A stretch of DNA of 64,000 nucleotides from Lachnospirales bacterium (GTDB lineage: Bacteria > Bacillota > Clostridia > Lachnospirales > CAMZNU01): positions 140,269 to 204,268 of the forward strand of contig JBKEBX010000012.1 of assembly GCA_047973385.1 (NCBI GenBank), read 5' to 3'. A model generated the notes under the pieces. It had not been told where the DNA came from. It saw nothing but the letters and a program-made list of their open reading frames with translations, and made no database searches. How positions within the stretch are numbered: the first letter of the stretch is position 1; the number at the start of each line of letters is the position of its first letter. The translations under genes and the position numbers were made by a program. Of this stretch, positions 45,068 through 54,000 are shown in pieces.

Positions 45068-45850
45068 ATGTATAGTAATAGGGTAGAAATTTGTGGTATA
45101 GATACGAGTAAACTACCGCTTTTATCATCGAAGGAAAAAAAAGAACTGTTAGAAAAAGCTGTAAATGGAGATATAGACGCAAGGGAGAAATTTATATTTT
45201 CAAATCTTAGGCTTGTGCTTAGTCTAATTCAAAAATATATTCATAGGGCTGACAAAAGTAATATAGATGACATTTTTCAAGTAGGTTGCATAGGTTTAAT
45301 TAAAGCTTTAGATAACTTTGATTTAAGTCAAGGTGTGCAGTTTTCAACTTATGCCTGTCCAATGATTATTGGTGAAATAAAAAGATTTTTAAGAGATAAT
45401 TCACCTATACGCATTTCAAGGTCCATTAGGGAAACGGCTTTTAAAGCACTTGAGGAAAAGGAAAAGCTTACAAGAACATTAAACAGAGAGCCTACAATTG
45501 AAGAAATAGGAGAGGGTTTAAACATGAGTAAAAAAGATGTTGCCTATGCTCTTGAAAGTATAGTTACACCTATTTCTTTATATGAGCCTATTTTTAATGA
45601 TAATGGTGACAGTATGTTTGTTTTAGAACAAATTAAAGATGATAAAAACACTGATGCACTTTGGATAGAAAATATGTCAATAAAAGAGGGGATTGAAAAC
45701 TTAAATTTTAAAGAAAAAGAAATAATAAATTTAAGATATTTTATTGGTAGAACCCAATGTGAAGTTGCAGAAGAAATTGGTATAAGTCAAGCTCAAGTTT
45801 CAAGACTTGAAAAGGTTGCTTTAAAAAATATTAAAAAGTATTTAAACTAA
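45068..45850 (+). CDS. sigG: Sporulation sigma factor SigG
   Basis: Contains NRVEICGIDTSKLPLL, NLRLVLSLIQKY, FSTYACPMIIGEIKRFLRDNSPIRISRS and EIGISQAQVSRLEK. It is closest to the SigG pattern, not SigF. Confidence 0.9.
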   Translation: MYSNRVEICGIDTSKLPLLSSKEKKELLEKAVNGDIDAREKFIFSNLRLVLSLIQKYIHRADKSNIDDIFQVGCIGLIKALDNFDLSQGVQFSTYACPMIIGEIKRFLRDNSPIRISRSIRETAFKALEEKEKLTRTLNREPTIEEIGEGLNMSKKDVAYALESIVTPISLYEPIFNDNGDSMFVLEQIKDDKNTDALWIENMSIKEGIENLNFKEKEIINLRYFIGRTQCEVAEEIGISQAQVSRLEKVALKNIKKYLN

Positions 45851-45861
45851 AAGGAGTTACA

Positions 45862-46287
45862 ATGGAAAAAGAATTGTTAAACTATGTATATAAAAATGCT
45901 CAGATGGGCGTAGAAACACTTTCGGGACTTATAAACATTACAGAAGATAAAAGCTTCAAAAATGAGCTTAAAAGTCAATTTGAAGAATATTCATCAATTT
46001 TAGATGAAACAAAGATGCTTATATCTAAAAATGATGAAGATGAAGAAGGTTTAAGTCTATTTGAAAAAATTGAAAGCTATATTACACTTAATATCAAAAC
46101 TTTAAAGGATAAAAGTTCTTCTAATATTTCTGAAATGTTGATAATCGGTAGTACTATGGGAACTATACAAGCTACAAGGTCAATAAACAAGTATAAGGGT
46201 AAATGTTTTGAGGAAGAAATCAAGCTTATGGAAAAGTTGTTGGACACTGAAGAAAACAATATTAAAGAATTGAAAAAATATTTATAA
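45862..46287 (+). CDS. Hypothetical helical protein (141 aa) downstream of sigG
   Basis: Good RBS and tight spacing after sigG. No motif recognised. Confidence 0.5.
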   Translation: MEKELLNYVYKNAQMGVETLSGLINITEDKSFKNELKSQFEEYSSILDETKMLISKNDEDEEGLSLFEKIESYITLNIKTLKDKSSSNISEMLIIGSTMGTIQATRSINKYKGKCFEEEIKLMEKLLDTEENNIKELKKYL

Positions 46288-46290
46288 AAC

Positions 46291-46467
46291 ATATGGCGAC
46301 CTTGCAAAATATAGAAAAATCCATTTTCATAACAAAACAACGGCTGCTTTTGACAAAACCCAAGGGAATAGCATAAAGTCGCTATTTACTAAGTTTGTCA
46401 AAAGTATGAAAATTTGCTTTTTCTTTTGTAATGTGCCCTCATTTTAATTTTGCAACGTTTCCATATA
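46291..46467. repeat. ~176-bp element bounded by inverted terminal motifs (ATATGGCGACCTTGCAAAATA ... AATTTTGCAACGTTTCCATATA); MITE-like family copy E2
   Basis: The termini are reverse complements at about 17/21 positions by hand alignment. An internal inverted repeat is CTTTTGACAAAAC ... GTTTGTCAAAAG. The right end is identical over 22 nt to 40978..40999. Confidence 0.5.
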
Positions 46468-46560
46468 TAATCTAAAGTTATGTTTATACAAAAATAGTAT
46501 ATTCATAGCTTTTTATATTGCAAGAAAACTAACAAAAAATAAAAAAAATGTGAAATACTC

Positions 46561-46589
46561 TTGACAAAACGCTATAAAAGTAATATACT
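46561..46589 (+). promoter_or_regulatory. Sigma-A promoter of the fab operon (TTGACA - 17 nt - TATACT)
   Basis: Read directly from the sequence, about 30 nt upstream of the fabH RBS. Confidence 0.5.
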
Positions 46590-46621
46590 TTGAGTGTCAA
46601 AATAAAATTTTAGGAGAGATT

Positions 46622-47581
46622 ATGAAAGTTTTAGGAGTAGGTTCATATGTGCCTGGTAAAGTTTTAATAAATAAAGACTTTGAAAGTATAGTTGATACAA
46701 GTGATGAGTGGATTGTTTCTAGAACTGGAATTGAAAAGCGTCATATAGTAGTTGATGAAAAGACTTCAGATATGGCTATAAAGGCGAGTAAAAGCTTACT
46801 TGAAAATTATAATATTGACCCATTGACTATTGATATGGTGATTTTATCAACTGTTACACCTGATTATTTAACACCAGCAACAGCTTCCATTGTACAGGAG
46901 GCTATTGGGGCAAAAAATGCTTTTTCTTTTGATATATCTTCTGCTTGTGCTGGATTTGTTTCTGCAATGAGTATAGCTAATAGTTTTCTATCTTCAAAAA
47001 TAAATAGGATTTTAGTTATTTCTGCTGAAACCCTTTCGAAGATTACTAATTTTGATGATAGAAACACATGTGTGCTTTTTGGTGATGGTGCAGGTTGTAT
47101 GTTAGTTGAAAATGGTGGAGAAGAATTTTATAATAATATGAAAACAGAAAGTTCAAAAGTTGCTTCTTTATATGGACACCCAATCAAAAATAATAGTCCA
47201 TTTTCTAAGGAAAATATAACTGACGACGAGTTTTTACACATGAATGGTCGTGATGTTTTTGAGCTTGTTACAAAACTTGTACCCCTTAATATAACTGAGC
47301 TTTTAGAGGATAGCAAGATTAATCTTGAGGATATTTATAAAATAATTCCTCATCAAGCGAATAAAAGACTTATTGAAGCTTTGGCGAAAAAGTTGTATAA
47401 TAGTATGGAGAATGTTTTTGTAAACATTCAAAACTATGGTAACACTTCATCAGCGAGTATTCCGATTGCATTTGATGATTTAGTAAAATCTAAAAACTTA
47501 GCTCTTGGCTCTGGTGAGAAAGTACTTATTGTTGGCTATGGTGCTGGCTTCACATATGGAAGTGGCATCTTAACTATATAA
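46622..47581 (+). CDS. fabH: 3-oxoacyl-ACP synthase III
   Basis: Active-site Cys (DISSACAGF), then HQANKRL and GNTSSASIP. Confidence 0.93.
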   Translation: MKVLGVGSYVPGKVLINKDFESIVDTSDEWIVSRTGIEKRHIVVDEKTSDMAIKASKSLLENYNIDPLTIDMVILSTVTPDYLTPATASIVQEAIGAKNAFSFDISSACAGFVSAMSIANSFLSSKINRILVISAETLSKITNFDDRNTCVLFGDGAGCMLVENGGEEFYNNMKTESSKVASLYGHPIKNNSPFSKENITDDEFLHMNGRDVFELVTKLVPLNITELLEDSKINLEDIYKIIPHQANKRLIEALAKKLYNSMENVFVNIQNYGNTSSASIPIAFDDLVKSKNLALGSGEKVLIVGYGAGFTYGSGILTI

Positions 47582-47606
47582 AATATAATAAACGGAGGAA
47601 TTTTTT

Positions 47607-47819
47607 ATGTTTGAAGAGATTAGAGATATGGTTGCAGAGCAACTAGGAATTGACCCAGAGGAAATCAAGATTGATACTGATTTAATGGAAGAACTTGACT
47701 GTGATAGTCTTGACTTATTCCAACTTGTAAGTGATGCTGAAGATAAGTATGAAGTTAAGTTTGAAGATTTAGAAAATCTTAAAACTATTGGCGACCTTAT
47801 CAAAGTAATCGAAGGTTAA
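47607..47819 (+). CDS. acpP: Acyl carrier protein
   Basis: 70 aa, with the phosphopantetheine site LDCDSLDLFQLV. Confidence 0.9.
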   Translation: MFEEIRDMVAEQLGIDPEEIKIDTDLMEELDCDSLDLFQLVSDAEDKYEVKFEDLENLKTIGDLIKVIEG

Positions 47820-47897
47820 TCAGTCATCTAATAAAGTTGGTGGAGATTTTATTCCATCAACTTTATTTGTAAAGAATTTCAATATGGAAGGTGAATT

Positions 47898-48836
47898 ATG
47901 GAAAATAATGCAATATGTAAGTTGTTAGGTATAAAGTATCCAATTACTCAAGGTGCTATGGCTTGGATATCTGAAAGTAGTTTAGCTAGTGCTGTTTCAA
48001 ATGCAGGTGGACTTGGTATAATAGCAAGTGGAAACGCTCCAAAGGAATTTGTTGTTGAAGAAATACGAAAATGTAAAAAACTTACAGATAAACCATTTGC
48101 TGTTAACATTATGCTCCTTTCGCCCTTTGTTGATGATATAGTTGATGCAGTTTGTGAAGAAGGTGTGCAAGTTGTTACAACAGGTGCTGGAAACCCTGCT
48201 AAATATATGGAAAAATTTAAAAATGCAAATATAAAAGTTTTGCCTGTTGTTCCCTCTGTGGCTATTGCTAAAAAAATGGAAAGTATCGGAGCTGATGCTG
48301 TTATAGCTGAAGGTATGGAAGCAGGTGGGCATATTGGAAAACTTACAACTATGGCACTTTTGCCTCAAGTCGTGTCAAATGTAAATATACCTGTTATTGG
48401 TGCAGGTGGCGTTGGTGACGGTCGTGGAGTTGCTGCTATGTTCTGTCTTGGAGCTGATGGCATTCAAGTTGGTACAAGATTTTTACTTGCAGATGAGTGT
48501 ATTGTTCACGAAAATTATAAAGATAAAGTAGCAAAAGCTACAGATATAGATTCAGTTATTACAGGGAACATAACAGGTCACCCTGTTAGAGTTTTAAAAA
48601 ATCCTTTGGCAACTAAGTTTTTGAGAATTGAAAAAGAATTGTATAAAGAAGATAAACCAGACTTCACTAAGATTGAAGAACTTGGTGCTGGTGCTTTAAG
48701 ACTTGCTGTTGTTGACGGAGATATAAAAAATGGCTCTGTTATGGCAGGTCAAATTGCAGGACTTGTGGATAAAAGACAAAGTTGTAAGGATATTATAGAA
48801 GAATTGTTTGAAGAGTGTGATAAAATATTAAAATAA
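47898..48836 (+). CDS. fabK: Enoyl-ACP reductase II (FMN-dependent, nitronate monooxygenase family)
   Basis: Contains YPITQGAMAWIS, AEGMEAGGHIG and GAGGVGDGRG, in a fab cluster context. Confidence 0.88.
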   Translation: MENNAICKLLGIKYPITQGAMAWISESSLASAVSNAGGLGIIASGNAPKEFVVEEIRKCKKLTDKPFAVNIMLLSPFVDDIVDAVCEEGVQVVTTGAGNPAKYMEKFKNANIKVLPVVPSVAIAKKMESIGADAVIAEGMEAGGHIGKLTTMALLPQVVSNVNIPVIGAGGVGDGRGVAAMFCLGADGIQVGTRFLLADECIVHENYKDKVAKATDIDSVITGNITGHPVRVLKNPLATKFLRIEKELYKEDKPDFTKIEELGAGALRLAVVDGDIKNGSVMAGQIAGLVDKRQSCKDIIEELFEECDKILK

Positions 48837-48846
48837 AGGGGAACTT

Positions 48847-49728
48847 ATGATAGGTATTATGTTTTCAGGGCAAGGTGCTCAAAAAGCTGGAATGGGTAAA
48901 GCTTTTTATGATAAATATGAATTTGTAAAAGAAATATATGCAAAGGCAAGTGAAATTTGTGGCTTTGATATGCCAAAAATGTGCTTTGAAGAAAATGAAG
49001 ATTTGCATAGAACACAGTATGCACAGCCTTGTATATATACAACAAATTATGCTATCTATAAGGTTATAGAAGAAAAGTTTAAAGGTGATTATTTTCTTGG
49101 GCTTAGCCTTGGTGAATATAACGCTTTTGGAGTTTCAGGTGCATATTCCTTTGAAGACGGCTTAAGACTTGTTAAAAAACGTGGTGAAATCATGGAAAAA
49201 GCCTTTGATGATGATAACTATGGTATGATTGCAGTTTTAAAATGTGCCTATGATGACTTAAAAGAACATATTACAAATAGTGGCTTGGAAATCTATATTG
49301 CAAACTATAACACACATAATCAAATAGTTGTATCAGGACTTGAAAAAGCTTTAGAAGATTTTGCCTTATATTTAAAAGATTTTAAAATCCGAACTATTAA
49401 ACTAAATGTTAAAGGTGCTTTCCATAGTCCATATTTAGATAAAGTTGCTGTGTATTTAGCAGAAGAATTTGATAAAATCGAGATAAATGCGGTAGATAAA
49501 AAAGTTGTTTCAAACTATACTGCAAAAGTAGAAACAAAGGTTAAAGAAACACTTTTAAATCAACTTGTAAGCGAAGTTAAGTTTTGTGAAAGTATTGAAT
49601 TTCTTATAAATGAAGGTGTTACAACTTTTGTTGAAGTTGGTACAGGTAAAACATTAACTAATTTTGTTAAAAAGATTAATAAAGAAGTTGAAGTTATAAA
49701 TGTAGAGGAGTTACAAATAAATGGATAA
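48847..49728 (+). CDS. fabD: Malonyl CoA-ACP transacylase
   Basis: Contains FSGQGAQ, GLSLGEY and the GAFHS motif. Confidence 0.9.
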   Translation: MIGIMFSGQGAQKAGMGKAFYDKYEFVKEIYAKASEICGFDMPKMCFEENEDLHRTQYAQPCIYTTNYAIYKVIEEKFKGDYFLGLSLGEYNAFGVSGAYSFEDGLRLVKKRGEIMEKAFDDDNYGMIAVLKCAYDDLKEHITNSGLEIYIANYNTHNQIVVSGLEKALEDFALYLKDFKIRTIKLNVKGAFHSPYLDKVAVYLAEEFDKIEINAVDKKVVSNYTAKVETKVKETLLNQLVSEVKFCESIEFLINEGVTTFVEVGTGKTLTNFVKKINKEVEVINVEELQING

Positions 49729-50443
49729 AAAAACAGTTATAGTTACAGGTGGTGCAAAGGGCATAGGACGTGGTATTGCTGAAAAATTCGCAGAAAAAGG
49801 ATACAATGTTGTTATAAATTATCATACAAATATAGATGAAAATTTCCTTGAAGAAATAAGTTCAAAAACTGAAGTTTTAGCAGTTAAGGGAGATGTAACG
49901 GTTCATTCTGATTGCAAAAATTTGATTGATAAAGCTATCGAAAAGTTCGGAAAAATCGATGTTCTTGTAAATAATGCTGGTGTTACAGCTGACACACTTA
50001 TTTTAAGAATGACAGAAGAACAGTTTGATAAGGTTTTAAATACAAATCTTAAAGGTGCATTTAATACTACACAATGTATATCAGGTATTTTAGCTAAGCA
50101 AAGAAGTGGATCTATTATTAATATTTCTTCAGTTATAGGTATCGCAGGTAATGCAGGTCAAAGCAACTATGCTGCGTCTAAGGCTGGATTGATTGGATTT
50201 ACAAAGTCCATTGCTAAGGAACTAGGTAAACGAAACATACGTTGTAATGCTGTTGCCCCAGGGTTTATTGAAACTGATATGACAAATGGGTTGAATGATA
50301 AGTTGCGTGATTTGTCTTTACAAAATATTGCACTTGGTAGATTTGGAAAGTGCGAAGAAGTTGCGGAAACTGTTTACTTTTTAGCTGAAACAACTTATAT
50401 AACAGGTCAAGTTATAAACGTATGTGGTGGAATGTTGATGTAG
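49721..50443 (+). CDS. fabG: 3-oxoacyl-ACP reductase
   Basis: SDR motifs TGGAKGIG, NNAG and YAASK. Confidence 0.92.
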   Translation: MDKKTVIVTGGAKGIGRGIAEKFAEKGYNVVINYHTNIDENFLEEISSKTEVLAVKGDVTVHSDCKNLIDKAIEKFGKIDVLVNNAGVTADTLILRMTEEQFDKVLNTNLKGAFNTTQCISGILAKQRSGSIINISSVIGIAGNAGQSNYAASKAGLIGFTKSIAKELGKRNIRCNAVAPGFIETDMTNGLNDKLRDLSLQNIALGRFGKCEEVAETVYFLAETTYITGQVINVCGGMLM

Positions 50444-50456
50444 GAGGTATGTTATA

Positions 50457-51689
50457 TTGAATAGAGTTGTTGTTACAGGATATGGGGTTGTTTCTGCTGT
50501 TGGAAACAATGTAAATGATTTTTGGGAGAATGTAAAAAAAGGTACTTGTGGTATTGATGAAATTAAATCAATTGATGTTTCAGAGTATGATGTGAAACTT
50601 GCTGGGGAAATAAAAGATTTTGACCCAAAGTACGTAGATAGAAAAGAGAAAAAACGTTTAGCAGAATTTTGCCAATATGCTCTTGAGGCTAGTGGTGAGG
50701 CTGTTACAATGAGTGGTATAGACCTTGAAAAAATAGACCAAGATGAGTTTGGTGTGTTTATAGGCTCTGGTATTGGTGGACTTGATGTTATAGAAGAAAA
50801 CCATAAAAAATTACTTGAGATTGGTCCAAATAAAGTTGAAGTTTTAACTATACCAAAATGTATTTCAAATATGGCAAGTGGATATGTTGCTATTAAATAT
50901 GGTGCTAAGGGTACGGCGATAGCTTCTGTTACGGCTTGTGCATCAGGTACAAACAGTATTGGGGAAGCATATAGAAGTATAAAACATGGATATCATAAAT
51001 ACATACTTGCAGGAGGTACTGAAAATGTACTTACCAATGTTGGTATAGTGGGCTTTTCGAACCTTAAAGCTATATCTAAAAGCGATGATAAAAATCGAGC
51101 ATCTATACCTTTTGATAAAGAAAGAAATGGCTTTGTAATGGGTGATGGTGCAGGGGTTATGTTTCTTGAAGAAATGGAACACGCTGTACAAAGAGGTGCG
51201 AATATTTTAGGTGAAGTTGTTGGATATGGCTCAACTTGTGATGCCTATCACATGACAAGTCCAGACCCTGAAGGCATAGGACCTATGAAAGCTATGGAAA
51301 AGGCTATAAAAGAGGCAGGAATTCAAAAGGAAGAGGTAGGCTATGTAAACGCACATGGTACATCAACGCCTTTAAATGACAAGATAGAAACTCTTGCGAT
51401 TAAAAAAGTGTTTGGTGAACACGCATATGATTTAAACATTTCTTCATCTAAATCCATGTTTGGACACTGTTTAGGTGCAGCAGGTGGAATTGAAGGTATT
51501 TTAACTTTACTTTCTTTAAAAGAAGGGGTTGTTACACCTACAATTAATCTTAAGGTGAGAGATGATGAATTAGATTTAAATTATACACCTGAATTAGTTG
51601 AAAAAGATATAAAATATGCATTATCTAATTCTCTTGGTTTTGGTGGTCATAATGCTGTAATTTGCTTGAAAAAGTGGGAGGGTAAATAA
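50457..51689 (+). CDS. fabF: 3-oxoacyl-ACP synthase II
   Basis: TTG start after GGAGG. Contains Cys (TACASGT), HGTSTP and GHCLGAAG. Confidence 0.92.
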   Translation: MNRVVVTGYGVVSAVGNNVNDFWENVKKGTCGIDEIKSIDVSEYDVKLAGEIKDFDPKYVDRKEKKRLAEFCQYALEASGEAVTMSGIDLEKIDQDEFGVFIGSGIGGLDVIEENHKKLLEIGPNKVEVLTIPKCISNMASGYVAIKYGAKGTAIASVTACASGTNSIGEAYRSIKHGYHKYILAGGTENVLTNVGIVGFSNLKAISKSDDKNRASIPFDKERNGFVMGDGAGVMFLEEMEHAVQRGANILGEVVGYGSTCDAYHMTSPDPEGIGPMKAMEKAIKEAGIQKEEVGYVNAHGTSTPLNDKIETLAIKKVFGEHAYDLNISSSKSMFGHCLGAAGGIEGILTLLSLKEGVVTPTINLKVRDDELDLNYTPELVEKDIKYALSNSLGFGGHNAVICLKKWEGK

Positions 51690-52141
51690 TGAAATACAAT
51701 GAAGTATTAAACTTAATTGATAAAATAGAAAAATCAAAATTTACGACTTTCAAATTAAAATATGAAAATGTTGAACTTGAACTTGGTAAAAATAATGTTG
51801 CAACTAAGGAACAAGTAGTTAGCAAAGGTTATGAATATATTGATGATGAAGAAACAGATAGTCTAGATTTATTTGATGATGTTCAAGAAAATGACGATTT
51901 AACAGGCTTACATGAAATTGTATCACCGATTGTTGGAGTGTATTATTCTAAACCGGCACCTGACAAAGAGCCTTTTGTAGAAGTTGGTGATGTTGTTCAA
52001 AAAGGTGATGTTTTATGTATTATTGAGGCTATGAAAGTTTTAAACGAGATTAAAGCTGATAGAGATGGTAAAATAGCTAAGATTATTATAGAAAATGAAA
52101 ATATTGTTGAGTTTGGTCAACCTATTATGTATATATTATAA
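51689..52141 (+). CDS. accB: Biotin carboxyl carrier protein of acetyl-CoA carboxylase
   Basis: Biotinyl-lysine motif IIEAMKVLNEI. Confidence 0.9.
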   Translation: MKYNEVLNLIDKIEKSKFTTFKLKYENVELELGKNNVATKEQVVSKGYEYIDDEETDSLDLFDDVQENDDLTGLHEIVSPIVGVYYSKPAPDKEPFVEVGDVVQKGDVLCIIEAMKVLNEIKADRDGKIAKIIIENENIVEFGQPIMYIL

Positions 52142-52151
52142 GAGGTGAAAT

Positions 52152-52592
52152 ATGATAGAAATGAATGAAGTTAACATAGAAATAAAAGAGATAATGGACA
52201 TTTTACCTCATAAATATCCGTTTTTACTTATTGATAGAATAACAGGTTTAAAACCTGGTGAATGTTGTCGTGCAATTAAAAATGTTACTATTAATGAACC
52301 TTTTTTTCAAGGGCATTTTCCTATTGAACCCGTTATGCCAGGTGTTCTGATTATTGAGGCTCTTGCTCAAGTTGGAGCATATTGTGTTTTATCTATGGAA
52401 GAAAACAAGGGAAAGATTGCTTTTTTTGCAGGACTTGATAAAGTTAAGTTTAGAAAAAAAGTAATTCCTGGCGACACATTGACACTTGAAATGAAACTTG
52501 TTAAACTTAAAAAGAATGCAGGTATAGGTGAAGGTGTTGCATATGTTGATGGCAAAGTAGTTGCTCAAGGAACATTTACTTTTATGTTTTAA
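52152..52592 (+). CDS. fabZ: 3-hydroxyacyl-ACP dehydratase
   Basis: Contains LPHKYPFLLIDR and FFQGHFPIEPVMPGVL. Confidence 0.92.
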   Translation: MIEMNEVNIEIKEIMDILPHKYPFLLIDRITGLKPGECCRAIKNVTINEPFFQGHFPIEPVMPGVLIIEALAQVGAYCVLSMEENKGKIAFFAGLDKVKFRKKVIPGDTLTLEMKLVKLKKNAGIGEGVAYVDGKVVAQGTFTFMF

Positions 52593-52619
52593 ACTTTTTT
52601 AGAAATATGGAGATTTCAA

Positions 52620-53978
52620 ATGTTTAATAAAATTTTAATTGTTAATAGAGGAGAAATAGCTGTAAGAATTATTCGTGCTTGTCGTGAAATGGGTATAAAG
52701 ACCGTTGCAGTGTATTCAACTGCTGATGAAGATGCACTTCATACACAGTTAGCTGATGAGGCTATTTGTATAGGTAGTGCAAAAAGTTCTGATAGCTATT
52801 TGAATATGACAAATATTTTGTCTGCTTGTATTGTTACAAAGGCAGAAGCTATACACCCAGGTTTTGGTTTTTTATCAGAAAATAAAACTTTCGCAAGGTT
52901 GTGCGAAGAGTGTAATATTGAATTTATCGGTCCGTCAGCTGATTTGATTGAGCTAATGGGTGACAAATCTAATGCTAGAGAAACCATGATTAAAGCAGGT
53001 GTGCCTGTTGTTCCTGGAAGTGATGGAGTTGTTGAAGATGTTTCAACAATCCATGATTTTTGTGAAAAATTTGGTTTTCCAATTTTGATTAAAGCCTCAA
53101 GTGGTGGAGGCGGTAAAGGAATTAGACTTGTTAATAACTTTGATGAAATAGATAATAATTTTTATTCTGCTAAACAAGAAGCAAAACTTGCATTTGGTGA
53201 TGATAGTGTATATATTGAACGTGTTGTAACAAATGCTAGACATATTGAAGTGCAAATTTTAGGTGATAAACATGGTAATATATGTCATCTTTATGAACGA
53301 GATTGCTCACTACAAAGACGTAATCAAAAGGTAATTGAAGAAGCTCCAGCTTTTATTTTATCTGATGAAAAACGTGAGGAAATTTGCGACTTAGCTGTAA
53401 AGGCAGGAAAAGCTGTTGGCTATGAAAACGCTGGAACAATAGAGTTTTTATATGAGCCGAAATCTAAAAATATTTACTTTATGGAGATGAACACAAGAAT
53501 ACAAGTTGAACACCCTATAACTGAACTAGTTACAGGTATTGATATAGTTCAAGAACAGTTAAAAGTTGCATTTGGACTACCTTTGTCTTTTAAACAAGAA
53601 GATATTAAAATCGACGGTTTTGCCATTGAATGTAGGGTTAATGCTGAAGACCCCTTTAACAATTTTCAGGCAGAGGCTGGTACTATACAAATATATTTAT
53701 CTCCATCTGGTCCAAATGTTAGAGTTGATTCTTGTGCATATCAAGGGTACAAAATACCTCCTTTTTATGATAGTATGATAGCTAAAATCATTGTTAAAGG
53801 TAAGACCCGTGATGAAGCGATAATGCGTATGAGAAGGGCTTTATATGAATGTGTTGTAGAGGGTGTAAAAACAAATATTGATTTTCATAACATAATTTTA
53901 GATGATGAAAACTACTTAAAATGTGACTTTGATACTAAATATTTAGAACGTGAGATTTTACCAAAGCTTTCTGAATAA
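52620..53978 (+). CDS. accC: Acetyl-CoA carboxylase biotin carboxylase subunit
   Basis: ATP-grasp pattern: ILIVNRGEIAVRIIRA, GGGGKGIR, EMNTRIQVEH. Confidence 0.94.
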   Translation: MFNKILIVNRGEIAVRIIRACREMGIKTVAVYSTADEDALHTQLADEAICIGSAKSSDSYLNMTNILSACIVTKAEAIHPGFGFLSENKTFARLCEECNIEFIGPSADLIELMGDKSNARETMIKAGVPVVPGSDGVVEDVSTIHDFCEKFGFPILIKASSGGGGKGIRLVNNFDEIDNNFYSAKQEAKLAFGDDSVYIERVVTNARHIEVQILGDKHGNICHLYERDCSLQRRNQKVIEEAPAFILSDEKREEICDLAVKAGKAVGYENAGTIEFLYEPKSKNIYFMEMNTRIQVEHPITELVTGIDIVQEQLKVAFGLPLSFKQEDIKIDGFAIECRVNAEDPFNNFQAEAGTIQIYLSPSGPNVRVDSCAYQGYKIPPFYDSMIAKIIVKGKTRDEAIMRMRRALYECVVEGVKTNIDFHNIILDDENYLKCDFDTKYLEREILPKLSE

Positions 53979-54000
53979 ATAACTAAGAAACGGTGATTGT

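Noticed and set aside
40978-46467. The 22-nt identical direct repeats at 40978 and 46446 as attL/attR of an integrated element covering the 906-aa gene, the regulator and sigG
   Set aside because: No integrase or recombinase lies between them, and the core sporulation gene sigG is inside the interval. The motif also occurs as inverted termini of three small elements elsewhere, which fits a dispersed repeat better than att sites.
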